Assembly: GCF_009914755.1 (NCBI RefSeq)
Contig: NC_060927.1
Length of the DNA: 64,000 nt
Strand: one strand, 5' to 3'
From: the human T2T-CHM13v2.0 reference genome, Homo sapiens
The position numbers and the translations under genes were made by a program. The notes below the pieces were generated by a model, which was given only the letters and a program-made list of their open reading frames with translations, searched no databases and was not told the origin of the DNA. Below are positions 13,105-27,590 of this stretch, one piece after another. Position 1 is the stretch's first letter, and every line of letters starts with the position of its first letter.

Positions 13105-13269
13105 TTTTTTTGTAGAGACAGGGTCTCACTCTGTTGCCCAGGCTAGAATGCAATGGCTATTCACAGACACCCACAATAAACTGCATCCTTGAATTTCTGG
13201 ACTCAAGTGATCCTCTCACTTTGGCCTCCAAAGTAGCTGGGGCTACAGGTGTGTGCCACTGCACCCAGC
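13105..13269 (-). mobile_element. FAM (fossil Alu monomer)
   Basis: Monomer retaining the 7SL-derived ggctattcacag segment that dimeric Alus lack. Confidence 0.8.
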
Positions 13270-13358
13270 TGAGAATATAAATTATAAGTTAGATTGCAAC
13301 CCACTGAATCTGGCCAAATTGTCTTCAGGCTCAAAAACCTCAAATGCAAACCTGTTCT

Positions 13359-14474
13359 TTTTTTTTAAATTATTATGCTTTAAGTTCTGGGATACACGTG
13401 CAGAATGTGCAGGTTTGTTACATAGGTATATATGTGCCATGGTGGTTTGCTGCACCCATCAACCCATCATCTAGGTTTTAAGCCCTGCATGCATTAGGTG
13501 TTTCTCCTAATGCTATCCATCCCCTTGCCCCCAACCTCCCGATAGGCCCAGGTGTGTGATGTTCCCTTCCCTGTGTCCAGGTGTTCTCATTGTTCAGCTC
13601 CTACTTATGAGTGAGAACATGTGGTGTTTGGTTTTCTGTTCCTGTGTTAGTTTGCTGAGAATGATGTTTTCCAGCTTCATCCATGTCCCTGCAAAGGACA
13701 TGAACTCATTCTTTTTTATGGCTGCATAGTATTCCATCATGTATATATGCCACATTTTCTTTATCCAGTCTATCAGTGATGGGCATTTGGGTTGGTTCCG
13801 AGTCTTTGCTATTGTAAATGGTGCTGCAACAAACATATGTGTGCATGTGTCTTTATAGTAGAATGATTTATAATCCTATGGGTATATACCTGGTAATGGG
13901 ATTGCTGGACCAAATGGTGTTTCTAGTTCTAGATCCTTGAGGAATTGCCACACTGTCTTCCACAATGGTCGAACTAATTTGCATTCCCACCAACAGTGTA
14001 AAAGGGCTCCTATTTCTCCACATCCTCTCCAGCATCTGTTGTTTCCTGACTTTTTAACGATCACCATTCTAACTGGTGTGAGATGGTATCTCATTGTGGT
14101 TTTGATTTGCATTTCTCTAATGACCAGTGACGATGAGCTTTTTTTTCATATGTTTGTTGGCTGCATAAATGTCTTCTTTTGAGAAGTGTCTGTTCATATC
14201 CTTCACCCACTTTTTGATGGGGTTGTTTTTATCTTGTAAATTTAAGTTCTTTGTAGATTCTGGATATTAGGCCTTTGTCAGATAGATAGATTGCAAAATT
14301 TTTCTCCCATTCTGTAGGTTGCCTGTTTACTCTGATGATAGTTTCTTTTGCTGTGCAGAAGCTCTTTAGTTTAATTAGATCCCGTTTGTCAATTTTGGCT
14401 TTTGTTGCCATTGCTTTTGGTGTTTTAGTCACGAAGTCTTTGCCCATGATTGTCTCCTGAATGTATTGCCTAGG
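13359..14474 (-). mobile_element. L1PA (about PA8-like) 5'-truncated LINE-1: 3' UTR plus end of ORF2
   Basis: ORF2 C-terminal peptides in ORFs 13594-13836, 13876-14112 and 14229-14447 ([40 protein letters not shown]); TSD gcaaacctg(a)ttct at 13346-13358 / 14475-14488. Confidence 0.97.
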
Positions 14475-14513
14475 GCAAACCTGATTCTATTATAAAGCAG
14501 ACACTATCGCCAT

Positions 14514-14986
14514 TATATTAATTTCATCTGGCTACCGTGACAAATTACCATAGCTGATGGCTTAAAATGGCCGAAATTTATCTCACAGTTCTGGAGGTCA
14601 GAAATCCAAAATCAGTTTCACTGGGCTGAAATCAAGGTTTCAGCAGAGCCATACTTCCTCCAGAGGTTGTAGGGGTGAATCATTCCTTTCATCTTCCAGC
14701 TCTTAGTGGCTGCCAGTATTGCTTGACTTGTGGCCACATCACTCTAATCTCTGCTCTCTCTCTTTACATCTCTTTCTCCTCTGTGTGTCTCTCTAGCCTC
14801 CCTTTGCCTTTCTTTCACAGGGGTCTTGTGATGGTATGTAGGGCCCATACAGATAATCTAGAATAATTTTTTCATCTCAAGAAACTTAACCACATCTGCA
14901 AAGTCTTTGATGTATATATATGGTAACATTTACAGGTTCCAGGGATTACAATCTAATATCTTTGGGGCCATTATTTAACCTACTGA
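14514..14986 (-). mobile_element. MaLR solo LTR (MLT1B/C-like)
   Basis: tatattaatttc...gtgacaaattacca...tctcacagttctggaggtcagaaatccaaaatca. Confidence 0.8.
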
Positions 14987-15153
14987 GGCCATCTTTTTCA
15001 TCTCTAAAATGTATACACACAGGCATATGCTCATACATTATAACTAATAACACATGTTTACCAAAAATATACACGGTGTACATAGAACAATTTTATTAAT
15101 CCTTAAACATTACTACTCTGAATTGGGCTTAGAGCATTTGGTAGGAGGGTCGA

Positions 15154-15767
15154 TGTGGTATAGTAGGCAGAAATCTAACATGGGCCCTATGACCTCCACA
15201 CCCTGTGTAATCCCCTTCCCTTGAGTGTAGCCAGGGCTTGTATCTGCTTCTAGCCAAGAGAAGATGGCAAAGATGATGGGGTGTCACTCCTCTGATTAAC
15301 TCACATTATATGCCCAAGGTGATGGGTTATCAACCCACAATGACTCCATCTTAGCAGATTAGAGCGAAAGACGTTCTCTTGCTGTCTTTGAAGAGCAAAA
15401 TTCCATGTTGTTGGCATGTTGTGGAGGGGGCCACATGTCAGGGAACTGCAGGTGGCTTCCAGAAGCTGGGGACCTCAGTCCTACAACTGTAAAGAACTGA
15501 ATCCTGCCAAAAGCCAGTGAGCCTGGAAGGGAACGTAGAGCCTCAGACAAGATCCTAGCTCTGGCCAACATCTTAATTTCAGCCTGGTAAGAAACTGAGC
15601 AGAGGACCCAGTTAAGTTGTGCCCAGACTCCTGGCCCATAGCAACTATGTGTGTGTGTGTGTGTGTGTGTGTATAACACACACACATATATAATTACATA
15701 TATACAATATGTTGTTTAGGCTGCTAAATTTGTGGTAATTTGTTATGCAGCAATAAAAAACTAATAC
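15154..15767 (+). mobile_element. MaLR solo LTR (MLT1E/F-like)
   Basis: tgtggt...gtaggcagaaatctaacatgg start; ctaaatttgtggtaatttgttatgcagcaataaaaaactaatac end. Confidence 0.8.
15648..15690. repeat. (TG)n-(AC)n compound microsatellite
   Basis: About 12 TG units, then ata, then about 5 AC units, inside the MLT1 LTR. Confidence 0.9.
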
Positions 15768-16009
15768 TCTTGGTTTGCAAAGTGTTTATTATCAAGATAT
15801 AAGGTAGAGAATGAATAAGCACAGATAACCAAAATGAAGAGAATCAACTGCACCAAATGGCCAGATAGCAAAGTGCACTGGGAAGAATATGTAGGTTGCA
15901 TATGTGAAATGGTTGACAGCCAGCAAATGGATTTACATTAACTAGGAAATATATGGGAAATAGGTTTGGGGGAAACTTAGAAGTGAAAAGGGGTGAGTTT
16001 TCACCTAAC

Positions 16010-16510
16010 TATTTCAGTTACAGGAGTAGAAATCCAACTGAAACTGACCAAAGCAAGTATGAATGAATAAATTCAATGAAGATGAATATGGAGAGTTTAT
16101 TGGCTCACATACCTGATCAGCCCAGACGTATCTGGCTTCAGGCACCAATGCCCTGAAATCTGTCTCTCTCTAGCTCTCAGCTCCCTTTCCTCAGTGTTGA
16201 TCTCATGCTCAGGCAGCCTCTTCCAGTGGAGCCAGAGGTGGCCACTCATAGGTCCAGGCTTATATTCGGCTCATTGAGCAACCCGTTGTGGAAAGTGAGA
16301 TTCTCTTTCCCAATAATTCCAGCAAGACTCCCTCAGTTATCCTTCACTGGCTCACTGGCTCACTGGCTAGACCTGAGTCATCTGTCTAAACTTGATACCA
16401 AAAAGGGGCAGGAGAGCAACGCTACCCAAGCCCAAAGGAAAACTGGGACTCTCTTACCAGAATGGGGATTGGATACTGTGCAGGCAAAAATCACAGGTGC
16501 CCATGACATA
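16010..16510 (-). mobile_element. Old MaLR LTR (MLT1J/K-like)
   Basis: atttcagttacaggagtagaaatccaactgaaactg...tttattggctcacatacctga. Confidence 0.6.
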
Positions 16511-16681
16511 GGATGCAGTATGGTAGAAGTGCATGGATGGCAACTCCACATTTGGGAAAAGGATGGAAGAGGCCTTGTAAAGTCAAGAACCAAATAACCA
16601 AGCAGTAAATGGAAGTTTCTATGCAGCATACACAGAGAAGAACTTGCAGACTGAGATACAGGAAGAGATGTTTGGGTTTAA

Positions 16682-17005
<324 letters not shown>

Positions 17006-18434
17006 TGATCTGCTGGGGTTGATAAGCAAAATAATCCCTGGGAAAAATCTCAGAAGGGGCGTGGCTTGATTAAACTGGCAGAATCGCTTTCTAGCAACAG
17101 GTGTAACTTGTATGAAAAGGGATATCAAAAAAAAAAAAAAAAACAACCAAAACAACCCTACATTCTTTTCACCTATGGAACAATCATATGTCTCAGGTGC
17201 CATGGTTTCTACCTTACCTTCATGATCAGATTTATTTCTCACCAATAGCCCTACAAAGTAAGCGTTTTAACACTTGAAAAAATTCAGGCTCAGGAGGTTA
17301 AGTGATTTTCCCCAGGTCACTGACCTAGCAACTGGCAGAACAAGGACTCAAATTCAGGTGAATGTGTCTCCGGAGTCACTATGCTAAACCCCCTATTTCT
17401 GAATTAGAGATGTTCGGGTTTCAAATGGGTCAAGATGTTTGATCTGCTGGGGTTGGTAAACAAGATTATCCCTGTAAGGACTTTAGGCACCTGAACGGGA
17501 CATGAGAATGGAGAAATGCACAATAATATGTAACATTCATACTGTGAAAGACTATTTCAAAGCCTCCTGTGTGGATTTAAGTGGGTAGTCTACTTTTACT
17601 CTGGCCTAAGATTTAATTGGCTAGGATATCAGAAGAAGCCAAAAGCCCTTTGGAAAAAGAAAGGTGGATCCAAAAGAGCAGAGGAACTGTATGAAGCAAA
17701 GATGCCAGGGAGGATAAATGACCAACAATATGTTACCAGATGCGCCCTCCCTGAGAACACTGGACTTGGCAAGGGTAAACAATAAGAGAGGAAGTCAGGG
17801 ACGGAGAGGGCCAGGGAAAGTTCAGGCCTCCCTCCCTCCCACGCCCTCACTCCCCATTGTGGCTTACACTGAGTCAGCCCAGATGGGAAGAAGGCAGAGA
17901 CCTCACCCACCCAGTGTCCACCCTACCCATGGCCTGGAAATAAGTGAGGATGAGATTTGTGAGGGCAGCTTAGATACACCCAGGTGCTACTTGGTCCCCC
18001 TTTTCCTCCACCCTCACACAGCCCCAGAGGTGCCAGTAGTCAGATCTCTGGGAGACAGTATACCAGCCAGGCCCTTGAATTCTGGTGCCAGCTCTAGTAT
18101 TAATTACCGGATGACTTTGCATAAGGCACTTTGTGTCTCTGGGCTTTTATTTCCCGTATGAAGAGTCATCTGAGGTTGAATTAGATTAGGGATTGTACAT
18201 GCAAGTGCCAACAGAGGCCAGGCAGGCAATGAAAATGTAGCAGGCTGGGTACAGGATGACAGGGAACAGTGGGGACTGGAGAGCACATGTTTTGTCCAGT
18301 GAGGGCATTCCCAGTGTCTCCAGATGCTCCAATTTTTCCTGGGAAGCCACAATTCAGACTTTTACATAAAGTCTCCCAATCTTTAAGTGTTGGCAACAAA
18401 TCAAGCCTGCAGAGCAGTTGGCAATCTTGAGTCT

Positions 18435-18648
18435 AGATGTGCCTTGTCCCATAAGCTAGTCACTAGCCACATGTGACTATTTCATCTTAAATTAATTAAA
18501 ATTAAACAAAAATTAAAAATTCACTTCCTCAGTCACAACAGCCACCTTTCAACTGCTCAATAGCCACAGGTATTAGTGGCTACCATATTGGATAACACAG
18601 ATCTGAAACATGTCCAGCTTTGTAGAAAATTCTCTTGGATAGCCCTGG
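18435..18648. mobile_element. MER3-like hAT-Charlie MITE
   Basis: cactagccacatgtgactattt...ctcaatagccacagg...gtggctaccatattgga. Confidence 0.8.
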
Positions 18649-18945
18649 CCTAAGTGATGTCTAAGATAACTTTCAGCTAGTAAAACAAAAAATAAAGACA
18701 AAATGAAACAAAGGTTACTTTCTTAATTGATAGGAAACAACGCTACTGGAATTTCGTGGCATAACCATAACACAAAAATATTGGTGTCATTATTTTATTT
18801 TCACTCTGATGAGTTCCCTTCAGTTGCATTTAAATTGGTTTCTGCAGATCTGTTAATAGAAGCAGCCTGATACTTTCTAATCTGCTTCAACACACAAAGT
18901 ACATTCATAGGGATTTGAAATCTAAACTTATATTAAAAGGAGAGG

Positions 18946-19727
<782 letters not shown>

Positions 19728-19993
19728 ATGTCCTGAAAGTTCTCTGATGGAGAGACTGCTGAACTGTAGGGCAGGGATTGCTGAGCTCTGACTTATATAT
19801 ATGACTCACTGGGCATGAGTACCATGTAAGTTGTATAGTTAGCCAATGTTGTTCAGGAATGAAGGGAAGGACCATAAGGGCCCTTTTTTGTGAGACAAAT
19901 TTATTGATATAGTCAGTCCTCATTATTTACAAAATTCAAACTTGCCTACTGGTTAGAATTCATTCATAACTCCAAAATCAATACTCAAGGTAC

Positions 19994-20154
19994 TTTTTTG
20001 AAAAATAGAGACAGGATCTCGCTCTGTTGCCCAGGCTGTAGTGCAGTGGCACAATCATAGCCCACTGCAGCCTCAAACTCCTGGGCTCAAGTGATCCTCC
20101 CGCCTTGGCCTCCCAAAGCGCTGCAATTACAGGCATGAGCCACCACACTTAGCC
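19994..20154 (-). mobile_element. Monomeric Alu (left-arm 5' half plus right-arm 3' half)
   Basis: About 150 bp; approximate TSD ctcaaggtacttt / ctcgaggtatttt. Confidence 0.88.
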
Positions 20155-20406
20155 TTTGCTCGAGGTATTTTTGCAATCATTCTCTGACTTGTGGGGAACA
20201 GCAAAAAATTTGAGTCACCCAATGCTCCTGTTCTCAGCTGAGATATAACAAAATAAAGCGCTGCCCTCTTGTTTCAGTTCATGTTAGGTACACACGTCCC
20301 TTTCAGAGTCTATGTAGCAACCTGTTTTACACATGTTGGTGCTTTTGGTTGGTGATTTTGCTGTTTAAAATGCCCCCTAAGCATAGTGCTGAACTGCTAA
20401 ATTAGC

Positions 20407-20820
20407 TGTGGTATGAATGTTTGTGTATTTCCAAAATTAATAGTTTGAAGCTTAATCACCCGTGTCAGAATGATAGGAGATAGGGCCTCTGGGACATGAT
20501 TAGGTCATGAGAACACAGTCCTCATGAACGGGATTAGTGCCCTCATGAAAGAGGCCCCAGAGAGCTGCCTTACCCCTTCTACCAAGTGAAGACACAATGA
20601 GAAGGTGCCATTTATGAACCAGAAAGTGGACCCTTATCAGGGTCTACCAAATCAAGTGGACTGTCAAGTGGTATTAGCAGGACCCTCATCCATTGACACT
20701 GAATGGCCTGGTGTCTTCATGGTGAATTTCCCAGGCTCCAGAACTGTGAGAAATACATTTCTGTTGTTTATAAGCTACCCAGCTTATGGTATTTCGTAAC
20801 AGCAGCCCAAATGGACAAAG
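20407..20820 (+). mobile_element. MaLR solo LTR (MSTD/MLT1A-like)
   Basis: tgtggtatgaatgtttgtgt...gggattagtgccctcatgaaagaggcccc...ctccagaactgtgagaaatacatttctgttgtttataagctaccc. Confidence 0.88.
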
Positions 20821-21154
20821 TTCCTAAGTGGAAGGCAGCTGCAATGTCCTTGTTAAAAAAAAATAATGTCTTAGATAAGCTTCATTCAAACATGAATTAT
20901 AGTACTTTTGATATGAGTTCAATGTTAATGAATCAACTACATATATTAAATAATGTGTCTTTAAACAGAAACACACTTAAAACAAGGTTATGTACTGACT
21001 GGCTGATGAGAATGTTGTGACGAGGTTTATAGCAGCATAACTTATTTCCCCCTAGGTGTGATGTTTCAGTATTTGCTAATTTGGTGTTCATGATGCCTTT
21101 ACTGAATATAACTACCTCAAATAATGAGAACTGACTGTATACTGACACTAAAAG

Positions 21155-21297
21155 GACAAGGTCTCACTCTGTCACCCAGGCTGGAGTGCAGTGGTGTGAT
21201 CATGGCTCACTGCAGCATCGAACTCCTGGACTCAAGCGATCTTCCCGCTTTGGCCTCCCAGAGAGATAGGATTACAGGTGAAAGCCACAGCACAGCC
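21155..21297 (-). mobile_element. Monomeric Alu (J-type, no visible tail)
   Basis: gtctcactctgtcacccaggctggagtgcagtgg...ttggcctccca...ggattacagg. Confidence 0.88.
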
Positions 21298-23161
21298 AGG
21301 ATTGTATTATTAAGGCACATGTGCCTTAGTCTGTCACTTCTGAGTGGTTTCTCTCTTAGCTTACTAATATAAGAAGCAAATCCACAGACAAAGAGGGATG
21401 GGAATAAGCAATTTTCATAAGAAACACAAACAGCCAATAAATACACAAAAATCCTTCACTGATAGTCGGAAATAAATATTAAACAAATGAGATATTTTTT
21501 CTCCTATTAGATTGGCAGAAACAGAATTACTTTTATAAGACAAAAGAATTGAGGTAAGATATATGTTGACTACCTTAAATCCCAATATGGGATTTAAATA
21601 AAAAAGCAACTTCTTTAAAAATTCAAAGATGAATTTAAAATTTGCTTAGGAAGGTAATTCTGAAGCTGATTTCAAGAGGCAAAGCTAAAATAATGAATGT
21701 AAGATTCTAAATAACAAGTTATATAGATGTAATATAGAAAAATCACAGGTGCTGTTGACCTTATCTTTAGCCTTTGGTAATTAGGACTTGAACTATAACA
21801 GCCTTTTATTTCTACCTACCCGCAACCCTCTGCTTTTATGTACTTTACCTCTGCTTACTTCTCTGCAGCCAGACAGTGACTTAGGCAAATAGGAAGGTAG
21901 GTGATGTGCTATTAGTGTTTTAAAAGGCTTTCATCTCTTCCATGGTTTTTCATGGTGTTATTATCTCTTATCAGTAGTTAATTTATATAGTATTTCCATG
22001 ATGCCTTCTTAACAATATCCAGTGTATTAGCGTCACCTCCTTCTTACACAGTAAATTCATTTCAACACTGCATTGGCCAGAAAGGACATGCAGTAAATGT
22101 TAATCAATTCTATTGCCATAAGAAACGTGCATGGAGTTAAAGTTCACAAGAAACAGAAGCTAGAGAACTAACAGCAAAGTGGAACTTGCTGTTCATTAGT
22201 TCACGAACACACTCCCCAAAAGTGAAGAGAGACACTCTCACCTGAAACTAGTGCTAGAAGTAGTTATCCTGTTCACACAGCACACCCTACTGCCCATGGG
22301 GGAAAGTTCACTTCCAATGCACAACTGAGAAATTAAATATGGACCCTGCTGGCCAGCCTCCACCTAAATCTCATCTCTAATCGATCTGCAATTCAATAAC
22401 ATGCATGTCTTCTTTTGCCCCTACCTTTCGTGATGGCTTCAGCTGAAACATAAAAGGGCTTTAAAAGATTAATAGTTCCATCTTGATGCCAGGTGAAGTA
22501 AATTCCCAATTCATTCAATCCTCACTGTGATGTTTTGCACTTGGTACAAAGTAGATGCACAATAATGTTTTATAAAAGCACCACAATAAGATAGGTATTA
22601 TTTTTATCTTTTTTTTCAGAAGACTTAAAAGGATTAATTAGTAACTCTCCAAAGATCCCAAAGCCCAAGTAAGTGGGGGAGCCAAGAGTTGAACCTCATC
22701 TAACTCCAGAGCGTATGCTTAATGACTACACTATATTACCCTCTTATTCTTTAATGCTAAAATAAGCTTTCAGCATTAAAAAGAAATGAACCGTCAGATG
22801 ATAATTAGTTTCAAAGTCTACCATAACAGGTTAGGCCTTTTAATAGCTTTAATACCACAGCTTTTGCTAAAGATTGATCAAGAACACAGGCCATTTCCTA
22901 AATACCTCACACAAAGGCAACTCTAAGCAAGTGCTAATTTTAAAACAGGGCATATGCCATGTTATCAATAGGAATCCAAAGTTAAACAACAGAATGGGCT
23001 AAGTGTGGAGCTTCTGGCATATGCTGGGATGTAACAGCCCTTCTCTTTAAATCAGGTGTTGCACCCATATAGTTTGCTAAGGATAAGGTATGAATAAGGA
23101 AATGCTGGGGCTGTAATGAATAGGTTTTCATTATTGTGGATTTGAAACAAACTTTTAAAAG

Positions 23162-23196
23162 CGTGTGTGTGTGTGTGTGTGTGCATGTGTGTGTGT
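23162..23196. repeat. (TG)n microsatellite
   Basis: Interrupted TG run. Confidence 0.9.
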
Positions 23197-24477
23197 TGGG
23201 TAAAGGATTACGGAGATTAACATTCAAAAGACAGTCAACAGAGAATAGTCCAGAAGTGGAAGGAATTTACGACTTAGCCTTAGAGTTTTCTCACGTTAAT
23301 ACCAACCTATTGGTAATGCCTGCCTGGAGCCCTGTTTCAGGAAGTATTGTGAGACCCGTTCTGAGTTCTACAAAGAAAGGGTGCTGTGTTGATTAATAAT
23401 GTCTGTCCTGGCAGAGGAAAGGAGGGGAGCATATTAACTGCATAGTTGCTTTTCTTAGGACTAGAAGATTCACAGGAGTGCCATATTTGTTCATTACCAC
23501 AGAGCTATCTCAGAGCTGCCAGCTAGGACTGAGAGGAAAGATCACACTGCAGACCCAGGATATTTAAATCAGAAAATAATTTTAACCGTGAAAACACAGG
23601 GTCTATGGGATTTATCCTCAGATGTAATAAGATAAGCCCACAGATGCGCTTAGGGGCTGAGATGACAGAAAGGCCACTTGGCTGAGAAACAGGAGGGAAA
23701 AAGAGCCAAGCAATATGGCTGAGAATTTGTTCTCCATACTGGTACAACAGAGCTTGGTAGATTTGCTATTTCTTTGGCTCAGCCTCATAGATTTTGGAAA
23801 TGTGACTATTTATAGGGATTCTTATTTTTTTATTTCTTTCACTCATCCCTTAAAAGTTTTAAGCAAAGTCTACTTGAAAAATGTCAGCCTGTCTCAGGTG
23901 TGCTGAGAGAAAATTAAGTTTTGTCAGTGTTTAGTCAGAATATAAAAGGAGGGGAAAACTGACCTCTGGTGGTAAATTTGGAAAATCCCTAATACAAAGA
24001 TTTCCAAAAAGTGATCCAGGAAGCATTAACCCCTCAATATTTTCTGTGGGAGAAGGGCTCTGTGGTAAAAATAACTCTGGGAAACAATTACATACTATAT
24101 AAATATAATATATATTTATATGTTATATAATATATTTATAATATATTGTTATATATTACTTAATATACCTGTTTTTTTGGCAACTCATTGTGTTTAAGCC
24201 CTTAAGAATTCCTGCAGAAGAGAAACTATTTAATGCCTTTTAATTCAGCATTTTCTAAATCTGTTTGAATATAAACATGAAATATATTTTTAAAATTAAC
24301 CTAACATTTTGGGAGACATGAACCTTAGGGAGAAGAATATAAGATCACGTTTTCCCCGTCCAATATGGAGAATTCCTTTCAGAGCTCTTCTCTGATAAAA
24401 CCTTAGAACACTTGTGTTTTTACACGTAGCCTTCCCTTCCTTGTTCTCCTCCATGACTGTGTTTAGTAAGAAGCTAG

Positions 24478-24817
<340 letters not shown>

Positions 24818-25054
24818 TAGGTAAATGTTAAAGAATAATTTCCCAGTTAGAGACAAATCATTTACATATTTCAAGTTAACAAGCATCTACTGAAGAAAAG
24901 CTAGTAGCTGTATCAGTGCACTCAAGCTTTTCAGTTGTAACTATGCAGTAGAAATCTTAAAAAGGCCAACATAGTTTATAGATGACTCTTCTAATACAGA
25001 AGCTCTTCAGAGCTGGGAGTTGGTAAAACAGTGGCTCAGACTATTTTGTGCTCT

Positions 25055-25230
25055 GGAGCTATATAATTTTGGGGTTTGATGACAACCAGTTCTGCATCTC
25101 ACTAGCTGTGTGACCTGGGGCATGTTACATAACCTCTCTGTTCTCAGTGATCTCATCTGTGAAATGGAAATCACAATATCTCCTAGTTCTGCTGGGGATT
25201 AAATGAGTTAACACTTGTAAAGTTCCTAAA
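25055..25230 (+). mobile_element. MIR SINE whose 3' part is copied as an inverted repeat
   Basis: actagctgtgtgacctggggcatgttacataacctctctgttctcagt...catctgtgaaatgg core. Confidence 0.85.
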
Positions 25231-25527
25231 ACAACAAGTGTTAACTCTTTTAATCCCCAGCAGAACTAGGAGGTACTATGATTTGGCAGTTGGCTGGTAA
25301 TTTGTTGCTTCTTAATTTGCACCACTAAAGTTAGGTGCATGAGGCATCATTTAAAAGGAAAATAGATTTTTTTTCTTTTAAAAATATTGTACTTTTGTTT
25401 TAGATCCTGAGACTACTAAGAAATTTTAACTGATTGTCACTAAAATGTATTATGGTGGTATTTTAAACTATTAACACTTTTTCTTTGGAAAAACCAGGAA
25501 AGTTTTCCTCTTCTTAACATTAAAAAA

Positions 25528-26310
25528 CACTGTGGTAAAGTAGATAAAACAAAAATTCATCATTTAAACCATTTTTAAGTGTACAGTTCAGTGGTATTAA
25601 GTACATTCACATTGTTGTGCAACCATCACTCTCATCCTTCTCTAGAACATTTTCATTATCTCAAACTGAAACTCTGTGCCCACTAAAATGTAACTCCCCA
25701 TTCCCTCTTCCCTACAGCTCTTGGCAACCACCACTCTGCTTTCCATCTCTATGAATGTGACTACACTAGGTACCTCATACAAGTAAGATCACACTGTATT
25801 CATCCTTTTGCGACTGGCTTATTTCATATAGCATAATGCCCTCAAAGGTCATCCATGTTGTAGCATGTGTCAGGATTTCATAATACACACCATTTTGGCA
25901 GCTTTTTTCCCTCTGTTACTTAATACCTTTGAGAGATCTACCCTGACACTTTTTAAAGGTCAGAGTGTTCTATTAGATGGAAGTACCATCATTTATCCAC
26001 TTCTCTCCTATCAACAACCATACAAATTGCACCCATAATTTTGCTATTATAACAATGCTAAAGTGAACACACTTGTGCATATATCATTTTGTATTTGTGC
26101 CAGTTTATCTGGAAGATAAATCCCTAAAAGTTATGTTACCTGGTCAATAAGAATGTGCATTTAGAATTTTGATAAGTATTGCCAAGTTAACTTCTAAAAA
26201 TATTGCCCCTACTGGCATTCTCATCAACAGTATATGAGAGCCTTTTTGTCCATATCCTTCCAATGACGAGTATTTAAAATATTTTTTTGTCCTTGCCAGT
26301 CTCATAGGTG
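25528..26310 (-). mobile_element. L1MB/L1M 3' remnants
   Basis: accatttttaagtgtacagttcagtggtattaagtacattcacattgttgtgcaaccatcac (L1MB-type 3' end), followed by older L1 sequence. Confidence 0.8.
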
Positions 26311-26329
26311 ACGAGCATGGTTATTTAAA

Positions 26330-26495
26330 ATAGATATCCCGACACAAAGAAAAGATAAATATTCAAGGTGATAGACATCCCAATTACCCTGATTTGATCA
26401 TTACTCATTGTATACATGTATCAAAATAACATATGTATCCCTAAAACGTGCACAACTATGACATATCAGTACAAAATCCACACACATGAAATAAA
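26330..26495 (+). mobile_element. L1MA 3' end fragment
   Basis: ggtgatagacatcccaattaccctgatttgatcattactcattgtatacatgtatcaaaat. Confidence 0.8.
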
Positions 26496-26602
26496 ACAGG
26501 TATAAGGGAGGACTTGCTGGTATGCAACGCGGGCAGAAGGGTGCTTGGGTGAAATTTGAGGGCATCAGAATCCTCCTCTGGTCTCTATTTGGAGACCTCT
26601 TC

Positions 26603-26954
<352 letters not shown>

Positions 26955-27359
26955 TAGTACAAACGGGACTAGAAAGAGTTCTGCTTGGTACTATAATCAG
27001 GACTGATATTGAGTAGGAATGCACACATACAGCTATGCTTAGTTAAGATATTGACAATTCCACCATAGTGGTTGGCAACTGACCAGTCCCTGAGCCCCAT
27101 TCTTGAATCCCAGCCACCTCCCCACAATCCAGCACCTCAAGGGTAAAACGTACTGCCACAAGAGGCCCTTTCAGACCCTGCCCAGCACTATGGGCAAGGC
27201 CTATTTAGGCTGATCCTTATTTGTGCTGAGAGGCTGTTAATAGTTTCAATATTGCTCCTGCCTACCTGGGTCTAACTTTTTGTAAGACTCCCTTCTATTT
27301 CTGAGCCTCTAGCACTGTTGTAAAGATGTTGTCTGTCTATTTCAGTTACAAGATCCTGT

Positions 27360-27590
27360 CTTTCTCATTCATTCTTTCACTCTCAAAATGTTTACTGAGT
27401 ACCTCGTATATGGCAATTGCTGGACCAGGATCCCAGAATATTACTGTGAAGAGGGCAAATGCTGTCCCAGGCCTCAGGGAACTTATACACCAGGAGAGAA
27501 GGCAGGTGAAAAGTAACTGAAGAGACAAATTAATTCATGGTAGTAACGAGTGCTATAAAGAAAACAGGGAAGGCTCTAAAGGTGAGTTAA
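27360..27590 (-). mobile_element. L2 3' remnant
   Basis: ctcattcattctttcactctcaaaatgtttactgagtacctcgtatatggca. Confidence 0.7.

Larger units (their letters stand above)
19910..21137 (+). mobile_element. TcMar-Tigger non-autonomous DNA transposon (MER82-like), interrupted by an Alu monomer and an MST LTR
   Basis: 19-bp TIRs (tagtcagtcctcattattt / aaataatgagaactgactg, 17/19) flanked by TA at 19908-19909 and 21138-21139; decayed transposase N-terminal HTH (VPKWKAAAMSLLKKNNVLDKLHSNMNYS) in ORF 20703-21020. Confidence 0.85.

Noticed and set aside
13594-14447. ORFs resembling L1 ORF2p C-terminus (also 62522-63207)
   Set aside because: Fragmented frames of 5'-truncated L1PA copies; not genes
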